Assembly (NCBI GenBank): GCA_028292435.1
Contig: JAQGMI010000106.1
Coordinates: 23,974 to 87,973 of the forward strand
Source of the DNA: Betaproteobacteria bacterium
Lineage (GTDB): Bacteria > Pseudomonadota > Gammaproteobacteria > Burkholderiales > SG8-41
Length of the DNA stretch: 64,000 nt
Direction of reading: 5' to 3'
Below are positions 28,774-38,469 of the stretch, in pieces. Position 1 is the first letter of the stretch. Every line of letters begins with the position of its first letter. Under the pieces are notes generated by a model, which worked only from the letters and a program-made list of their open reading frames with translations, had not been told where the DNA came from and did not search any database. The position numbers were made by a program, and so were the translations under genes.

Positions 28774-29121
28774 TTACTGTGCAGCGATGACCATGATTTC
28801 GACCAGCGTGTCGGGCGTGCCGAGACGCGTTTCGACCGTCGCACGGGCGGGTGGATTCTTCGGATCGATCCACGCCATCCACGCCTCATCCATGCCCGGC
28901 TTCACGCGCATGTCGGCTACATACACGACGGCGGAAAGCAGGCGCGATTTGTTCGTGCCGGAGACTTTCAAGAGCGCATCGATCTTGCCGAGGATTTCCT
29001 CGGTCTGGCCCTTGCTCGACGCGCTGCGGGTATCGGCCGTCGTGCCTGCGATGTAAACGGTACCGTTATTCACAACCGCGCGCGACAGGCGTGCGTCGGA
29101 CTGATGGCGTGTGATGCTCAT
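28774..29121 (-). CDS. RidA family protein (YoaB-like)
   Basis: RLSRAVV, VYIAG, MDEAW, PPARATVE, LVEIMVIAA. Confidence 0.9.
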   Translation of the reverse strand: MSITRHQSDARLSRAVVNNGTVYIAGTTADTRSASSKGQTEEILGKIDALLKVSGTNKSRLLSAVVYVADMRVKPGMDEAWMAWIDPKNPPARATVETRLGTPDTLVEIMVIAAQ

Positions 29122-29283
29122 GGTGTTGCTCCTCTGGCTTGATGAAAAGACGAAACGCGGGATGGGAACTGCGATGTTCTTGTGCTTCGATTGTGCAATG
29201 CCTGCGGCTTTGCCGCAAGCGCGGTCGGTTACAATAGTCGCCCCGCTTGCCGCCGTAAATTCAATCAAACACGAGGTGAGGAG

Positions 29284-30258
29284 ATGACTCACAACAGCTT
29301 CGATGCTGCGCTGCTGCTTTGCCTGGCAAGTCTGGCTGCTTGCAATGTTTCAGCGCAGCCTGCGTATCCGGCGCGCAACATCACGCTGCTGGTGCCGTTC
29401 TCGCCCGGCGGCAGCACCGATTTGATCACGCGCATTATCGCCAAAGAATTGAGTGCACATTTCGACAAGCAGGTGATTGCCGACAATCGCACGGGCGGCG
29501 GCGGAGTCATCGGCTGGAACGCGGTAGCGCGTTCCGCGCCCGACGGTTACACGGTACTCGCGACTGAATTGTCATTCGCGATTGCGGCAGGCTTGATTCC
29601 GAATCTGCCGTTCGATCCGCGCAAGGATTTCATCCATGTCACCACCGCGACAACCGTGCCGCACGTGCTTGTGATCACGCCGTCGCTGCCAGTCAAGAAT
29701 GTAAAAGAATTCATCGCGCTCGCCAAAGCGCGGCCGAACGAACTCAATTACGGGTCGGGCGGCAATGGCACGAACACGCATCTCGGCTCCGAGCTTTTGA
29801 AGAACCTCACCGGCATCAAGATGGTTCACGTGCCGTACAAAGGTGCCGGCGCCGTATTGCAGGATTTGATGGGCGGCCAGGTGCAGGCGCTGGTTTCCGC
29901 AGTGCCGACGGTTGTTCCGTACGTCAATGCGAAACGCCTGCGCGCGCTGATGGTGACGGATGAAAAGCGCACGAGGGTGTTGCCCGATGTGCCTTCGGCC
30001 GCCGAAGCGGGCCTGGCGAAGATGAACATGCAATTCTGGGTCGGCTTTGCATTGCCCGCAGGCACGCCGCAGCCGGTGGTCGAGCGTTTAAACCAGGCGC
30101 TCGTCGCAGTGCTTAACGGTGCTGAATCGAAGAAACGCCTGATCGATCTCGGTGTCGACACCGTTGGAAATGCGCCCGCTCAGGCGACCAAGCTTGTGCT
30201 CGACGAAATGGATCGTTGGACTGCGGTCATCAAGGCTGCGGGCATCAAAGCGGAATAG
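29284..30258 (+). CDS. Bug/TctC substrate-binding protein
   Basis: RBS GAGGAG, YPARNITLLVPFSPGG, PDGYT, HVPYKG. Confidence 0.92.
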   Translation: MTHNSFDAALLLCLASLAACNVSAQPAYPARNITLLVPFSPGGSTDLITRIIAKELSAHFDKQVIADNRTGGGGVIGWNAVARSAPDGYTVLATELSFAIAAGLIPNLPFDPRKDFIHVTTATTVPHVLVITPSLPVKNVKEFIALAKARPNELNYGSGGNGTNTHLGSELLKNLTGIKMVHVPYKGAGAVLQDLMGGQVQALVSAVPTVVPYVNAKRLRALMVTDEKRTRVLPDVPSAAEAGLAKMNMQFWVGFALPAGTPQPVVERLNQALVAVLNGAESKKRLIDLGVDTVGNAPAQATKLVLDEMDRWTAVIKAAGIKAE

Positions 30259-30266
30259 TGGAGAAC

Positions 30267-31460
30267 ATGACAGTGACTGAAAAAAGATTGCCCCTGCAGG
30301 GCATACGCGTCGTCGAATTCGTGCACGTCATCATGGGGCCAAGCTGCGGTCTCGTGCTCGCCGACCTTGGTGCCGACGTCATCAAGGTCGAGCCGCTTGA
30401 CGGCGATCACACGCGCAAATTGACGGCGTCGGGTGCGGGTTTTTTTCCGACTTTCAACCGCAACAAGAAAAGCATCGCGGTCGATTTGAAGTCGCCGGAA
30501 GGGCAGGAGAACATCCTGAAGCTCATCCAGAGCGCGGATGTGCTCACTGAGAACTTCCGACCAGGCTCGATGGACAAGCTCGGCTTCGGCTTTGAAGCGC
30601 TCAGCAAATTGCACCCCGAGCTGATTTACTGTTCGCTCAAAGGCTTTCTCGCAGGCCCGTACGAAAATCGCGCCGGTCTCGACGAAACTGCGCAGATGAT
30701 GGGTGGGCTCGCGTACATGACGGGCCCACGCGGCCGGCCGCTGCGCGCGGGCGCTTCGGTCAACGACGTGATGGGCGGCATGTTCGCGGCAATCGCAATT
30801 CTCTCGGCAGTGATCGAGCGCATCGCGACCGGCCGCGGCCAGTATGTAAAAAGCGCGCTCTTCGAAAATTGCGCGTTTCTCATGGGCCAGCACATGACGG
30901 AAGGCTTCATGACGGGCAAGCCGGTGCCGCCGATGCCTGAACGCATCCGCGCATGGGCCGTGTACGACACATTCGAGACCGCGGACAAAGAGATGGTGTT
31001 CGTCGGCGTGGTGACCGACACCCAATGGAAAATTTTCTGCGACGCATTCGACCTGTCCGACCTCTTCGGCGATCCGGCGCTCAAGACAAATCCGCAGCGT
31101 GTCGAGGCGCGTCCGCGTGTGCTGCCAATCGTGCGCGCGCTGTTCGCCAAAATGACAAAGCAGGAGCTGCTCGCAAAATGCGAAGAACTCGGGCTCCCGT
31201 ACGCTCCGATCACCAAGCCCGAAGATCTGTTCCACGATCCGCATCTGATAGCTTCCGGCGGGCTTGCCGACATTACGCTCATGAACGGGATCAAAACTCA
31301 GGTGCCGATCATGCCGATCGAAATGGACGGGCGGCGTTTTTCAACGCGTCTCGATTTGCCGAAAATCGGTGAGCACACGCGTGAAATCATCGCCGCGCTC
31401 GGTTACCCGGCGTCCGAAGTGGACCGTTTAATCAAAGACGGTGTCGCGCGCACCGCCTGA
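30267..31460 (+). CDS. CaiB/BaiF (family III) CoA transferase
   Basis: LADLGADVIKVEP, NRNKKS, ENFRPG, SVND. Confidence 0.93.
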   Translation: MTVTEKRLPLQGIRVVEFVHVIMGPSCGLVLADLGADVIKVEPLDGDHTRKLTASGAGFFPTFNRNKKSIAVDLKSPEGQENILKLIQSADVLTENFRPGSMDKLGFGFEALSKLHPELIYCSLKGFLAGPYENRAGLDETAQMMGGLAYMTGPRGRPLRAGASVNDVMGGMFAAIAILSAVIERIATGRGQYVKSALFENCAFLMGQHMTEGFMTGKPVPPMPERIRAWAVYDTFETADKEMVFVGVVTDTQWKIFCDAFDLSDLFGDPALKTNPQRVEARPRVLPIVRALFAKMTKQELLAKCEELGLPYAPITKPEDLFHDPHLIASGGLADITLMNGIKTQVPIMPIEMDGRRFSTRLDLPKIGEHTREIIAALGYPASEVDRLIKDGVARTA

Positions 31461-31475
31461 CGAGGAGATTTATCG

Positions 31476-32438
31476 ATGAAACGATTATCGTGTTTTCTAT
31501 TCCTGATGCTCGCCGCGAGCGCAGCGGTCGCCGCCGACGCATATCCGAATAAACCCGTGCGCTGGGTGGTGCCGTTTCCGCCCGGCGGCGGCACCGACCT
31601 GATTTCGCGCACGATCGCGGCGAAGCTGTCCGAACTGTGGGGCACGCAAGTGGTGGCCGACAATCGGCCGGGCGGCGGTGGCACGCTCGGCATGGGCATT
31701 GCGGCGAAGATGCCGGCAGACGGCTACGCCATCGTGCTCGGCCAGGCATCGAACGTTGCGGTTGCGCCGGCGTTATATCCGAAACTCAATTACGACCCGG
31801 TCAAGGATCTGCAGCCGATTACGAATGTAATCGCGGCGCCGCTCGTGATCGTGTCGCATCCGTCGTTTCCGGCAAAAAATGCGAAAGAAATGATTGCGTA
31901 TGCGCGCGCCAAACCAGACGCTTTAACGTTCGGCTCGCCCGGCAACGGCACGATCGGCCATCTCTCGATGGAGTTATTGAAGACCATGGCCGGCGTCAAG
32001 ATGCTGCACATTCCCTACAAAGGGGCGACGCTTGCGATCACCGAGCTGATCGGCGGCCAGATCGTACTCTATGCAAGCAGCATGCCGCCGGCGCTCCCTC
32101 TCATTCAGGCGGGCAAATTGAAAGCGCTCGGCGTGACTACGCCGAAGCGCCTTGGGCCGCTGCCGAATGTGCCGACGATCGCCGAAAGCGGTGTTGCAGG
32201 CTATGAAGCGGTCAATTGGTACGGCGTGTTCGTGCCGGCCGGTGCGCCCAAAGACATCGTCGCCAAGCTGCACGCCGACGTGGTGCGGGTCTTGAAGCAA
32301 CCGGACGTCAAAGAGCGATTTGCCGGCGAGGGCGGTGAGATCGTCGCCGACACGCCCGAAGAATTCGGCGCGTTCGTGCGCAAGGAAATTCCAAAGTGGT
32401 CCAAGGTGGTGAAAGAAGCCGCCGTGAAAGTCGATTGA
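31476..32438 (+). CDS. Bug/TctC substrate-binding protein
   Basis: YPNKPVRWVVPFPPGG, DNRPG, HIPYKG. Confidence 0.93.
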   Translation: MKRLSCFLFLMLAASAAVAADAYPNKPVRWVVPFPPGGGTDLISRTIAAKLSELWGTQVVADNRPGGGGTLGMGIAAKMPADGYAIVLGQASNVAVAPALYPKLNYDPVKDLQPITNVIAAPLVIVSHPSFPAKNAKEMIAYARAKPDALTFGSPGNGTIGHLSMELLKTMAGVKMLHIPYKGATLAITELIGGQIVLYASSMPPALPLIQAGKLKALGVTTPKRLGPLPNVPTIAESGVAGYEAVNWYGVFVPAGAPKDIVAKLHADVVRVLKQPDVKERFAGEGGEIVADTPEEFGAFVRKEIPKWSKVVKEAAVKVD

Positions 32439-32441
32439 TCG

Positions 32442-33449
32442 ATGCCGCAATTTTCGATTGAAGCACTGACTACACTGGCCGCGGATGCACTGCGCAAGCA
32501 TGGCGCTGCGGACGCTGCAGCGCGCATTACCGCGAAGTATCTGGTCGCCGCCGATGCGCAAGGGCTCGGCACGCACGGTGTCGCGCGGGTGCCGACATAC
32601 TGCGATCATCTGAAATCAGGCCGCGCGCACGGCGACGCGGTGCCGCGCATCGCGAACGAAAAAGGCGCCGCGTGTCTCGTCGATGCCGGCTTTGGTCTTG
32701 GCTTCGAGCCGACCGAGTTCGCGCTGAAAGAAGCCATCGAGCGCGCAGCCAAGCACGGCGTTGGTTTCGTCGGCGTCACTAAAAGTCACCACTGCGGCGC
32801 GCTGGGCATTTTGCTCGAACCGGTCGCCGCACGCGGCATGGTCGCTATCGCGTTCAGCAACGCGCCTTCGGCCATCATGGCGTGGGGCGGCACCAAGCCG
32901 ATGTTCGGGACGAATCCGATCGCGGCCATTTTTCCGCGTCGCGACGGACCGCCGCTGGTCATCGACATGTCGCTCACGCAAGTGACGCGCGGCCAGATCA
33001 TGCTCTATGCAAACGCCGGCAAGCCCATCCCCGAAGGCTGGGGCATGGACAAGGATGGCAATCCGACGACCGACGCGCACAAGATCCTGATCGGCGGCAG
33101 CCTGCACGCGGTCGGCGGACTCAAAGGCACGATGCTCGCGTTCGCCGTTGAAATTTTGTGCTGTGCGCTGATGGGTGCTTCGCTGTCGCATCAGGTCGAG
33201 CCGATGCTCGTCGACAACGGCAAGCCGATGGACCTCGGCCAGGCGTTTCTCGTGATCGATCCCGCGGCGCTGGCCGGTCGTGAGCGTTATCTCGAGCGCG
33301 TCGAAACACTGATCGCCGCGATGATGGAAGACGAAGAAGTGCGCCTGCCGGGCGCGCGCCGCGTCGATGAAACTACGCGTGCAGCTAAAGACGGCATCGA
33401 AATTCCGGCAGAGCTCGCAAAGCAGTTAGGACAGCTCGCCCGCCGGTAG
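32442..33449 (+). CDS. Ldh_2 family (malate/L-lactate/sulfolactate-type) dehydrogenase
   Basis: THGVAR, SHHCGAL, FGTNPIA, IPEGWG.D..G.PTTD, GGLKG, RLPG. Confidence 0.9.
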   Translation: MPQFSIEALTTLAADALRKHGAADAAARITAKYLVAADAQGLGTHGVARVPTYCDHLKSGRAHGDAVPRIANEKGAACLVDAGFGLGFEPTEFALKEAIERAAKHGVGFVGVTKSHHCGALGILLEPVAARGMVAIAFSNAPSAIMAWGGTKPMFGTNPIAAIFPRRDGPPLVIDMSLTQVTRGQIMLYANAGKPIPEGWGMDKDGNPTTDAHKILIGGSLHAVGGLKGTMLAFAVEILCCALMGASLSHQVEPMLVDNGKPMDLGQAFLVIDPAALAGRERYLERVETLIAAMMEDEEVRLPGARRVDETTRAAKDGIEIPAELAKQLGQLARR

Positions 33450-33590
33450 GAGACGTCCGCCTCATGTTTGCACGAGGGGAAAGACAAAATCGTCGCCGGC
33501 ATCAGACATCGACTGATCGTTTGCGTTGCACGGGCGGCCGGCGTAACGTATGACGACCAACAAAAAATCGATTCAACCCGGAGGAATATC

Positions 33591-34538
33591 ATGATCAACA
33601 GACGCGATTTCGTGCTCGGCGCCGCAGCGGCCGGGACATTGCTGCAAACCCGTTTCGGTTTTGCCAAAGCTTCCCAGCCCTCGACGCCGGTCAATTTCGA
33701 AATACCGGCAGGCGCATGCGACTGCCATACCCACATTCACGGCGATCCGGCGAAGTTTCCGTGGTTTCCTGGCCGCACGTATACGCCCGAGATGGCCTTG
33801 CCGGAAGAAATGTCGGCGCTGCACAAGGCGTCGCACATGCAGCGCGTGGTGATCGTGACGCCGAGCGTCTATGGTCCGGACAACTCCGCAACGATTTATG
33901 GCATGCAGGCCCGCGGCAAGGACGCGCGCGGCGTGGCCGTCATCGACGATAAGACGACCGACGCCGAGCTCGACCGGCTGGCGAAGCTCGGCTTCAAAGG
34001 CATCCGGCTCAATCTGTCGACGGCGGGTGTGAGCGATCCGAACGTCGCGCGTGAGCGCTTTCTCAAAGCGGCTGAGCGCGTGAAGAGCCGCAACTGGCAC
34101 GTTCAGTTGAACACCACGCTGCCGGTCATTGCGGCGATGAAAGATGCGCTTGCCGCTTCGCCCGTGCCGCTGGTCTTCGATCATTTCGGTAACGCGAACG
34201 AAGAACTTGGCGTGAATCAGCCGGGCTTCGCCGACCTGGTTTCGCTCGTAAAATCGGGCAAAGCCTATGTGAAAATTTCGGTCACTGCCGGGCCGCGCCA
34301 AAACTATGCGTATTTCACGCCGCTCGCGCAGATGCTGATCGCCGCCAACGTCGACCGCTGTATTTGGGGAACCAACTGGCCGCACCCGAATTCGGTGAAC
34401 GGCAGCACCGAAAAAGTATCGCCGCTGTGGCAGGTCGACGACGGCCTCGTGCTGAATCTGTTGCCGACGTGGGCGCCTGACGCAGCCGTGCGCAAGAAGA
34501 TTCTCGTTGATAACCCGGCGCGGCTTTACGAATTCTGA
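33591..34538 (+). CDS. Tat-exported amidohydrolase (LigI/lactonase-like)
   Basis: NRRDF Tat motif, CDCHTH, PSVYG, GIRLN, FDHFG, YVKIS, WGTNWPHP. Confidence 0.88.
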   Translation: MINRRDFVLGAAAAGTLLQTRFGFAKASQPSTPVNFEIPAGACDCHTHIHGDPAKFPWFPGRTYTPEMALPEEMSALHKASHMQRVVIVTPSVYGPDNSATIYGMQARGKDARGVAVIDDKTTDAELDRLAKLGFKGIRLNLSTAGVSDPNVARERFLKAAERVKSRNWHVQLNTTLPVIAAMKDALAASPVPLVFDHFGNANEELGVNQPGFADLVSLVKSGKAYVKISVTAGPRQNYAYFTPLAQMLIAANVDRCIWGTNWPHPNSVNGSTEKVSPLWQVDDGLVLNLLPTWAPDAAVRKKILVDNPARLYEF

Positions 34539-35521
34539 TGTCCAGAACTGCGCGCACGGGAACAGCATTCGCATGGTTGATCGCATGCGGATCGTTGGCA
34601 GCGGCCGCCGCCTGCGCGCAGGAGTTTCCATCGAAACCGCTGCGGCTGATAGTGCCGCTATTGCCGGGTTCAGGCACCGACGTCGTCGCGCGCACGTTCG
34701 CGAATGCATTCGGCCAGGCGCTCGGCCGGCAGGTCGTCGTCGAGAACAAGGCGGGGGCGGCAACGACGCTGGGTGCCAACTTCGTCGCCAAGAGCACGCC
34801 CGATGGCTACACGCTGCTCGTGGCCACCACGAGCACGCTCGCGGTGCTGCCGACCGTTCAGTCAACGCCGTACGATACGGTCAAGGATCTCGCGCCGGTT
34901 GCAGCGTTCTCTATCGCACCGTTCGTGCTGTGCGTGTCCGCCGAATCGCGCCTGAAAACTCTCAACGATCTAATTGCGATTGCCAGGGCGGAGCCTGGCA
35001 AGCTTACTTATGCATCGAGCGGCACCGGCACCATGACGCAGATGGCTGTCGAGCTCGTGAGCGTGGTGGCGAAAATCAATTTGCTGCACGTGCCCTACAA
35101 AGGCGTGACCGGCGCCTATCCCGATGTGCTTGGCGGACGGATCGACCTGATTGCCGACGCGCCGGCTTCGACGTTGCCGCAAATCAAGGCCAACAAGTTT
35201 CGCGCTCTCGCGGTGACAGCATTAAAGCGCAGCCCGATGCTGCCGGAGGTGCCGACCGTCGGCGAAGCGGGACTGAAAGGCGCGGAAGCAGAGTTTGTCA
35301 CCGGCATACTGGTGCAGGCAGGGACGCCGCCTCAGGTCATCGCAAAATTGCAACGCGCGGCGTTGAAAGTCGCGCAGGGCGCGGAGTTCAAGGACTTTCT
35401 GGCGCTTCAGGGCTACGAAGCGTTGTCCGCGAACTCCGCCGATTTCGCGAAGCACATCAAGGATGGCCTCGCGAAGTGGGCCGCCGTCGTGAAGGAACGC
35501 AACATCAAGGTCGAGCAGTAG
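34538..35521 (+). CDS. Bug/TctC substrate-binding protein
   Basis: FPSKPLRLIVP, ENKAGA, PDGYTLL, HVPYKG; TGATG overlap. Confidence 0.92.
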   Translation: MSRTARTGTAFAWLIACGSLAAAAACAQEFPSKPLRLIVPLLPGSGTDVVARTFANAFGQALGRQVVVENKAGAATTLGANFVAKSTPDGYTLLVATTSTLAVLPTVQSTPYDTVKDLAPVAAFSIAPFVLCVSAESRLKTLNDLIAIARAEPGKLTYASSGTGTMTQMAVELVSVVAKINLLHVPYKGVTGAYPDVLGGRIDLIADAPASTLPQIKANKFRALAVTALKRSPMLPEVPTVGEAGLKGAEAEFVTGILVQAGTPPQVIAKLQRAALKVAQGAEFKDFLALQGYEALSANSADFAKHIKDGLAKWAAVVKERNIKVEQ

Positions 35522-35536
35522 CGAAGGCGACGCGCT

Positions 35537-36538
35537 TTACGTCACTCGCTGCACGTTGAACATCGGCTCCTTGCGCGCCCAGTGGCCGAAATTCGCGATG
35601 AACATTTCTGCGCAACGCTTCTCGTTGCCGGTTGAAGCAGACGCATTGTGCGGTGACACGATAACGTTCGGCAAATCCCAGATCGGCGAATCGGCAGGCA
35701 ACGGTTCCTTGCTGTGCGCATCCAGGGCGGCGCCGGCAAGGTGGCCGCTCTTGATCGCATCGATAAACGCCGCATCGTCCATCACTTCGCCGCGGCCGAT
35801 GTTGATGATGTAGGCGCCTTTGCGCATGGACTTGATCGCTTGCGCGCTTACGAGATTGCGCGTCTCGCTTGTTAACGGGCAAGCAATCACGAGCCAGTCG
35901 GCACGCGGCAGCACTTCCAATAATTTTGCCGGCGGATGCATTTCGTCGACCGGATCGCCAGGCTGCAGCGGGCTGCGCCTGACGCCGATCACCTTCAGGC
36001 CGAACGCGCGCGCATAGCCGGCGAATACTTTGCCGATAGCGCCAACGCCGATCAGCACCAGCGTCTGCCCGCGCAAGTCAGGCGGCAGCGCCTTGCCGCG
36101 CATCGGGCGCCATTCATGTTTGTGCTGCCCTTGCATGTAACCGTAAAAACCGCGGGCGAGCATCAAGAGGCCGGCGAACCCGGTCTGCGCGACCGGTTCG
36201 GCATTCGAACCCGTTGAACTCGTGAGCGTCACGCCGCGGGCATCCAGCGCGGGGACGAAGGGCTGCTGGCCGACGCCCGAACTTTGCAGGTGCAGCCACT
36301 TCAGGCTCTTGGAGCCGAGCATCGCCGCGCTGAAAGCGCCGTACAACTGCTCGTCGAACCGGATGTCGCGATCGACGAACGCGCAGTCGATGCGATCGCA
36401 ATCGGCCTGCGACAGGCGCGCGCCTTGTTCTTCAGGCAGCGTCATGAATTCGACTGAGGCGCCGCCGGTCTTGCCGGCTGCTTTGAATGCGTCGCCGAAG
36501 CTGGCGATAAATTGCTTTGAAACGAGTGCGGTGGGCAT
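35537..36538 (-). CDS. D-2-hydroxyacid dehydrogenase
   Basis: GVGAIG Rossmann motif, CPLTSET, INIGRG, EPLP, SPHNA. Confidence 0.9.
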   Translation of the reverse strand: MPTALVSKQFIASFGDAFKAAGKTGGASVEFMTLPEEQGARLSQADCDRIDCAFVDRDIRFDEQLYGAFSAAMLGSKSLKWLHLQSSGVGQQPFVPALDARGVTLTSSTGSNAEPVAQTGFAGLLMLARGFYGYMQGQHKHEWRPMRGKALPPDLRGQTLVLIGVGAIGKVFAGYARAFGLKVIGVRRSPLQPGDPVDEMHPPAKLLEVLPRADWLVIACPLTSETRNLVSAQAIKSMRKGAYIINIGRGEVMDDAAFIDAIKSGHLAGAALDAHSKEPLPADSPIWDLPNVIVSPHNASASTGNEKRCAEMFIANFGHWARKEPMFNVQRVT

Positions 36539-36761
36539 GAAGTCTTTCCAGGAAAAGTGTGAGGTTTGAGTGCGGAGGTTTGAAAGCGGCACCGCAGAAT
36601 AATGAATGATAATCGACGCTGTCAAACTGGCGTCCCTTGGTCATACCGTTCGCGCCGAGTTTTTTGCGAATTACTGGTTCGCGCTATTTTTAATTACTTT
36701 GTATGACACGCCTTAGCCATGGATAATCGTGCAGAGGCATAAAAAAAGCGGAGGAGCGGGT

Positions 36762-37718
36762 ATGCGAGGCATAAAAAAATGTTTTGCCGCGTTGTTGATT
36801 GTAGCAAGCGCACATGCGGTCGCGCAGACTTATCCCGACAAGCCGATTCGCGTGCTCGTGCCGTTTGCGGCCGGCAGTGGCACTGATATCCTGGCCCGAA
36901 TTGTCACGGACGAGCTGCGTGCATCGATGGGCGCGAATTTCGTCATCGACAATCGCGGCGGCGCATCGGGCCAGATCGCGTCGGAACTGGTGGCGAGAGC
37001 GAACCCCGACGGCTACACGTTGCTGCTGTCAACCAACACGCCGCACTCGGTAAACCCGTTTCTGTTCAAGAAAATAAATTACGATCCGGTCAAGGATTTC
37101 GACGCCGTCGCGCGCATGATTTACTACATATTCATTCTGGCGGTGAATCCAAACCTTAACGTCAAGACCGTTCCCGAGTTGATTGCCTACGTCAAAGCCA
37201 ACCCGGGTAAGACTTCATATGCATATGGCAACGGCTCAGGGCAGGTGAATGGCGCCTACCTCGTAAGCGCCGCCAAACTCGATTCGCTGGCTGTTCCCTA
37301 CAAGAGCACGCCGCCTGCAATGACGGATTTAATCGCCGGCCAGGTGCAATGGATGTTCGTCGATGGCGCGTCGAGCCAGGGCCATGTCAAAGCGGGGCGG
37401 CTGCGTGCGATTGCCGTGATGTCGGACAAGCGCTCTGACATTTTTCCAGACCTGCCGGGTGTCGGCGAAACCGTTCCGGGATTCGACACCGTGCCGTGGG
37501 CCGGAATGTTCGCGCCCGCGCATACGCCAAAAGCCATCATCAACAAGCTGAACGCCGAAATCGTCAAAGCGATCAACAAGCCGGCAATCAATCAGCGTTT
37601 AGCGGACTTGGGGCTCGCGCCCGGACCAAGCACGCCGGCTGAACTCGACAGATTTGTCAAAGAGCAACTCGCGGCGTGGGGGAAGAAGATGAAGGATGCG
37701 GGGATACAGCCGGAGTAG
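36762..37718 (+). CDS. Bug/TctC substrate-binding protein
   Basis: RBS GGAGGAG, YPDKPIRVLVPFAAG, PDGYTLL, VPYKS. Confidence 0.92.
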   Translation: MRGIKKCFAALLIVASAHAVAQTYPDKPIRVLVPFAAGSGTDILARIVTDELRASMGANFVIDNRGGASGQIASELVARANPDGYTLLLSTNTPHSVNPFLFKKINYDPVKDFDAVARMIYYIFILAVNPNLNVKTVPELIAYVKANPGKTSYAYGNGSGQVNGAYLVSAAKLDSLAVPYKSTPPAMTDLIAGQVQWMFVDGASSQGHVKAGRLRAIAVMSDKRSDIFPDLPGVGETVPGFDTVPWAGMFAPAHTPKAIINKLNAEIVKAINKPAINQRLADLGLAPGPSTPAELDRFVKEQLAAWGKKMKDAGIQPE

Positions 37719-37742
37719 GGACTGTTACATTGGAGTGATAAA

Positions 37743-37794
37743 TTTGGCAATTAAATTCTGTCACCTATACTTTGGCAACTAACATCAGTTAGAC
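37743..37794 (+). other. attI-like recombination site
   Basis: Direct repeat TTTGGCAA(T/C)TAA at 37743 and 37771; CTAAC-atca-GTTAG inverted core; GTTAGAC at 37788-94. Confidence 0.45.
37744..37771 (+). promoter_or_regulatory. Sigma70-like promoter ahead of the cassette array (Pc-like)
   Basis: TTGGCA (37744-49), 16-bp spacer, TATACT (37766-71). Confidence 0.5.
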
Positions 37795-37799
37795 GGCAC

Positions 37800-38462
37800 A
37801 TGGCAATGGACAAAGAAAGTCTTACCAAGCGCTCTGTAGAGCTGCTCGAAGAGATTCAAAGGATCGAGAAGACGCGCCAGACAGAAGGAGTTGGCTATTT
37901 TCAAGTCAACAACCTTGCAGCTCAGGGCGCCAACTTGATTCATGCGATCAGCGGGCCCAAATCCCTATACGCCGAAAGTCTTCGAAATGCCTTAAAACAT
38001 AAGACGCCTACTTCTCAATGGACTGCAGTGGCGGGCGTGCTACAAGCGTTCCATATCGACTTATCGAAGGATCGCCTTGGGAATATTCGGCATGAAGTCG
38101 AGGCAATCGTTGTGTCTGAACTCATTAGTCAGGCTGGGAAGCTTCTGAAGACGGGCGGTGTGCATCCTGCTGCCGCAGTAATCGTCGCGTGTGCCGGAGC
38201 GGAAGAATTTCTTCGGAACTGGTGCGAAGAGCAAGGCGTCGTTGTTTCCGAAAAGCAGCGCTCCCTCAACAAATTTGCCGCCGAATTGCGTGCGTCGAAT
38301 CAGATCGCGTTGCCGGTCGAGCGCCGTATTCAATCGTGGGCAGACTATCGCAACGATGCCGCCTATGGCGCGCGATGGGAAAAGATAACGACGGACATTG
38401 CTGAGCGCTTGGTAAAAGAGGTCGAAGACTTCTTAGTTGAAAACCGACATGTACTCGGTTAA
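37800..38462 (+). CDS. Cassette 1: HEPN/DUF4145-like protein
   Basis: AAAVIVACAGAEEFLR helix and SWADYRNDAAYG (Rx4H-like with Tyr); start 37800 or 37806. Confidence 0.65.
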   Translation: MAMDKESLTKRSVELLEEIQRIEKTRQTEGVGYFQVNNLAAQGANLIHAISGPKSLYAESLRNALKHKTPTSQWTAVAGVLQAFHIDLSKDRLGNIRHEVEAIVVSELISQAGKLLKTGGVHPAAAVIVACAGAEEFLRNWCEEQGVVVSEKQRSLNKFAAELRASNQIALPVERRIQSWADYRNDAAYGARWEKITTDIAERLVKEVEDFLVENRHVLG

Positions 38463-38469
38463 ACGTAAC

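Noticed and set aside
37719-37775. LexA (SOS) box or intI remnant upstream of the cassette array
   Set aside because: CTGT half-sites lack the ACAG partner at N8; there is no room for, and no motif of, a tyrosine recombinase
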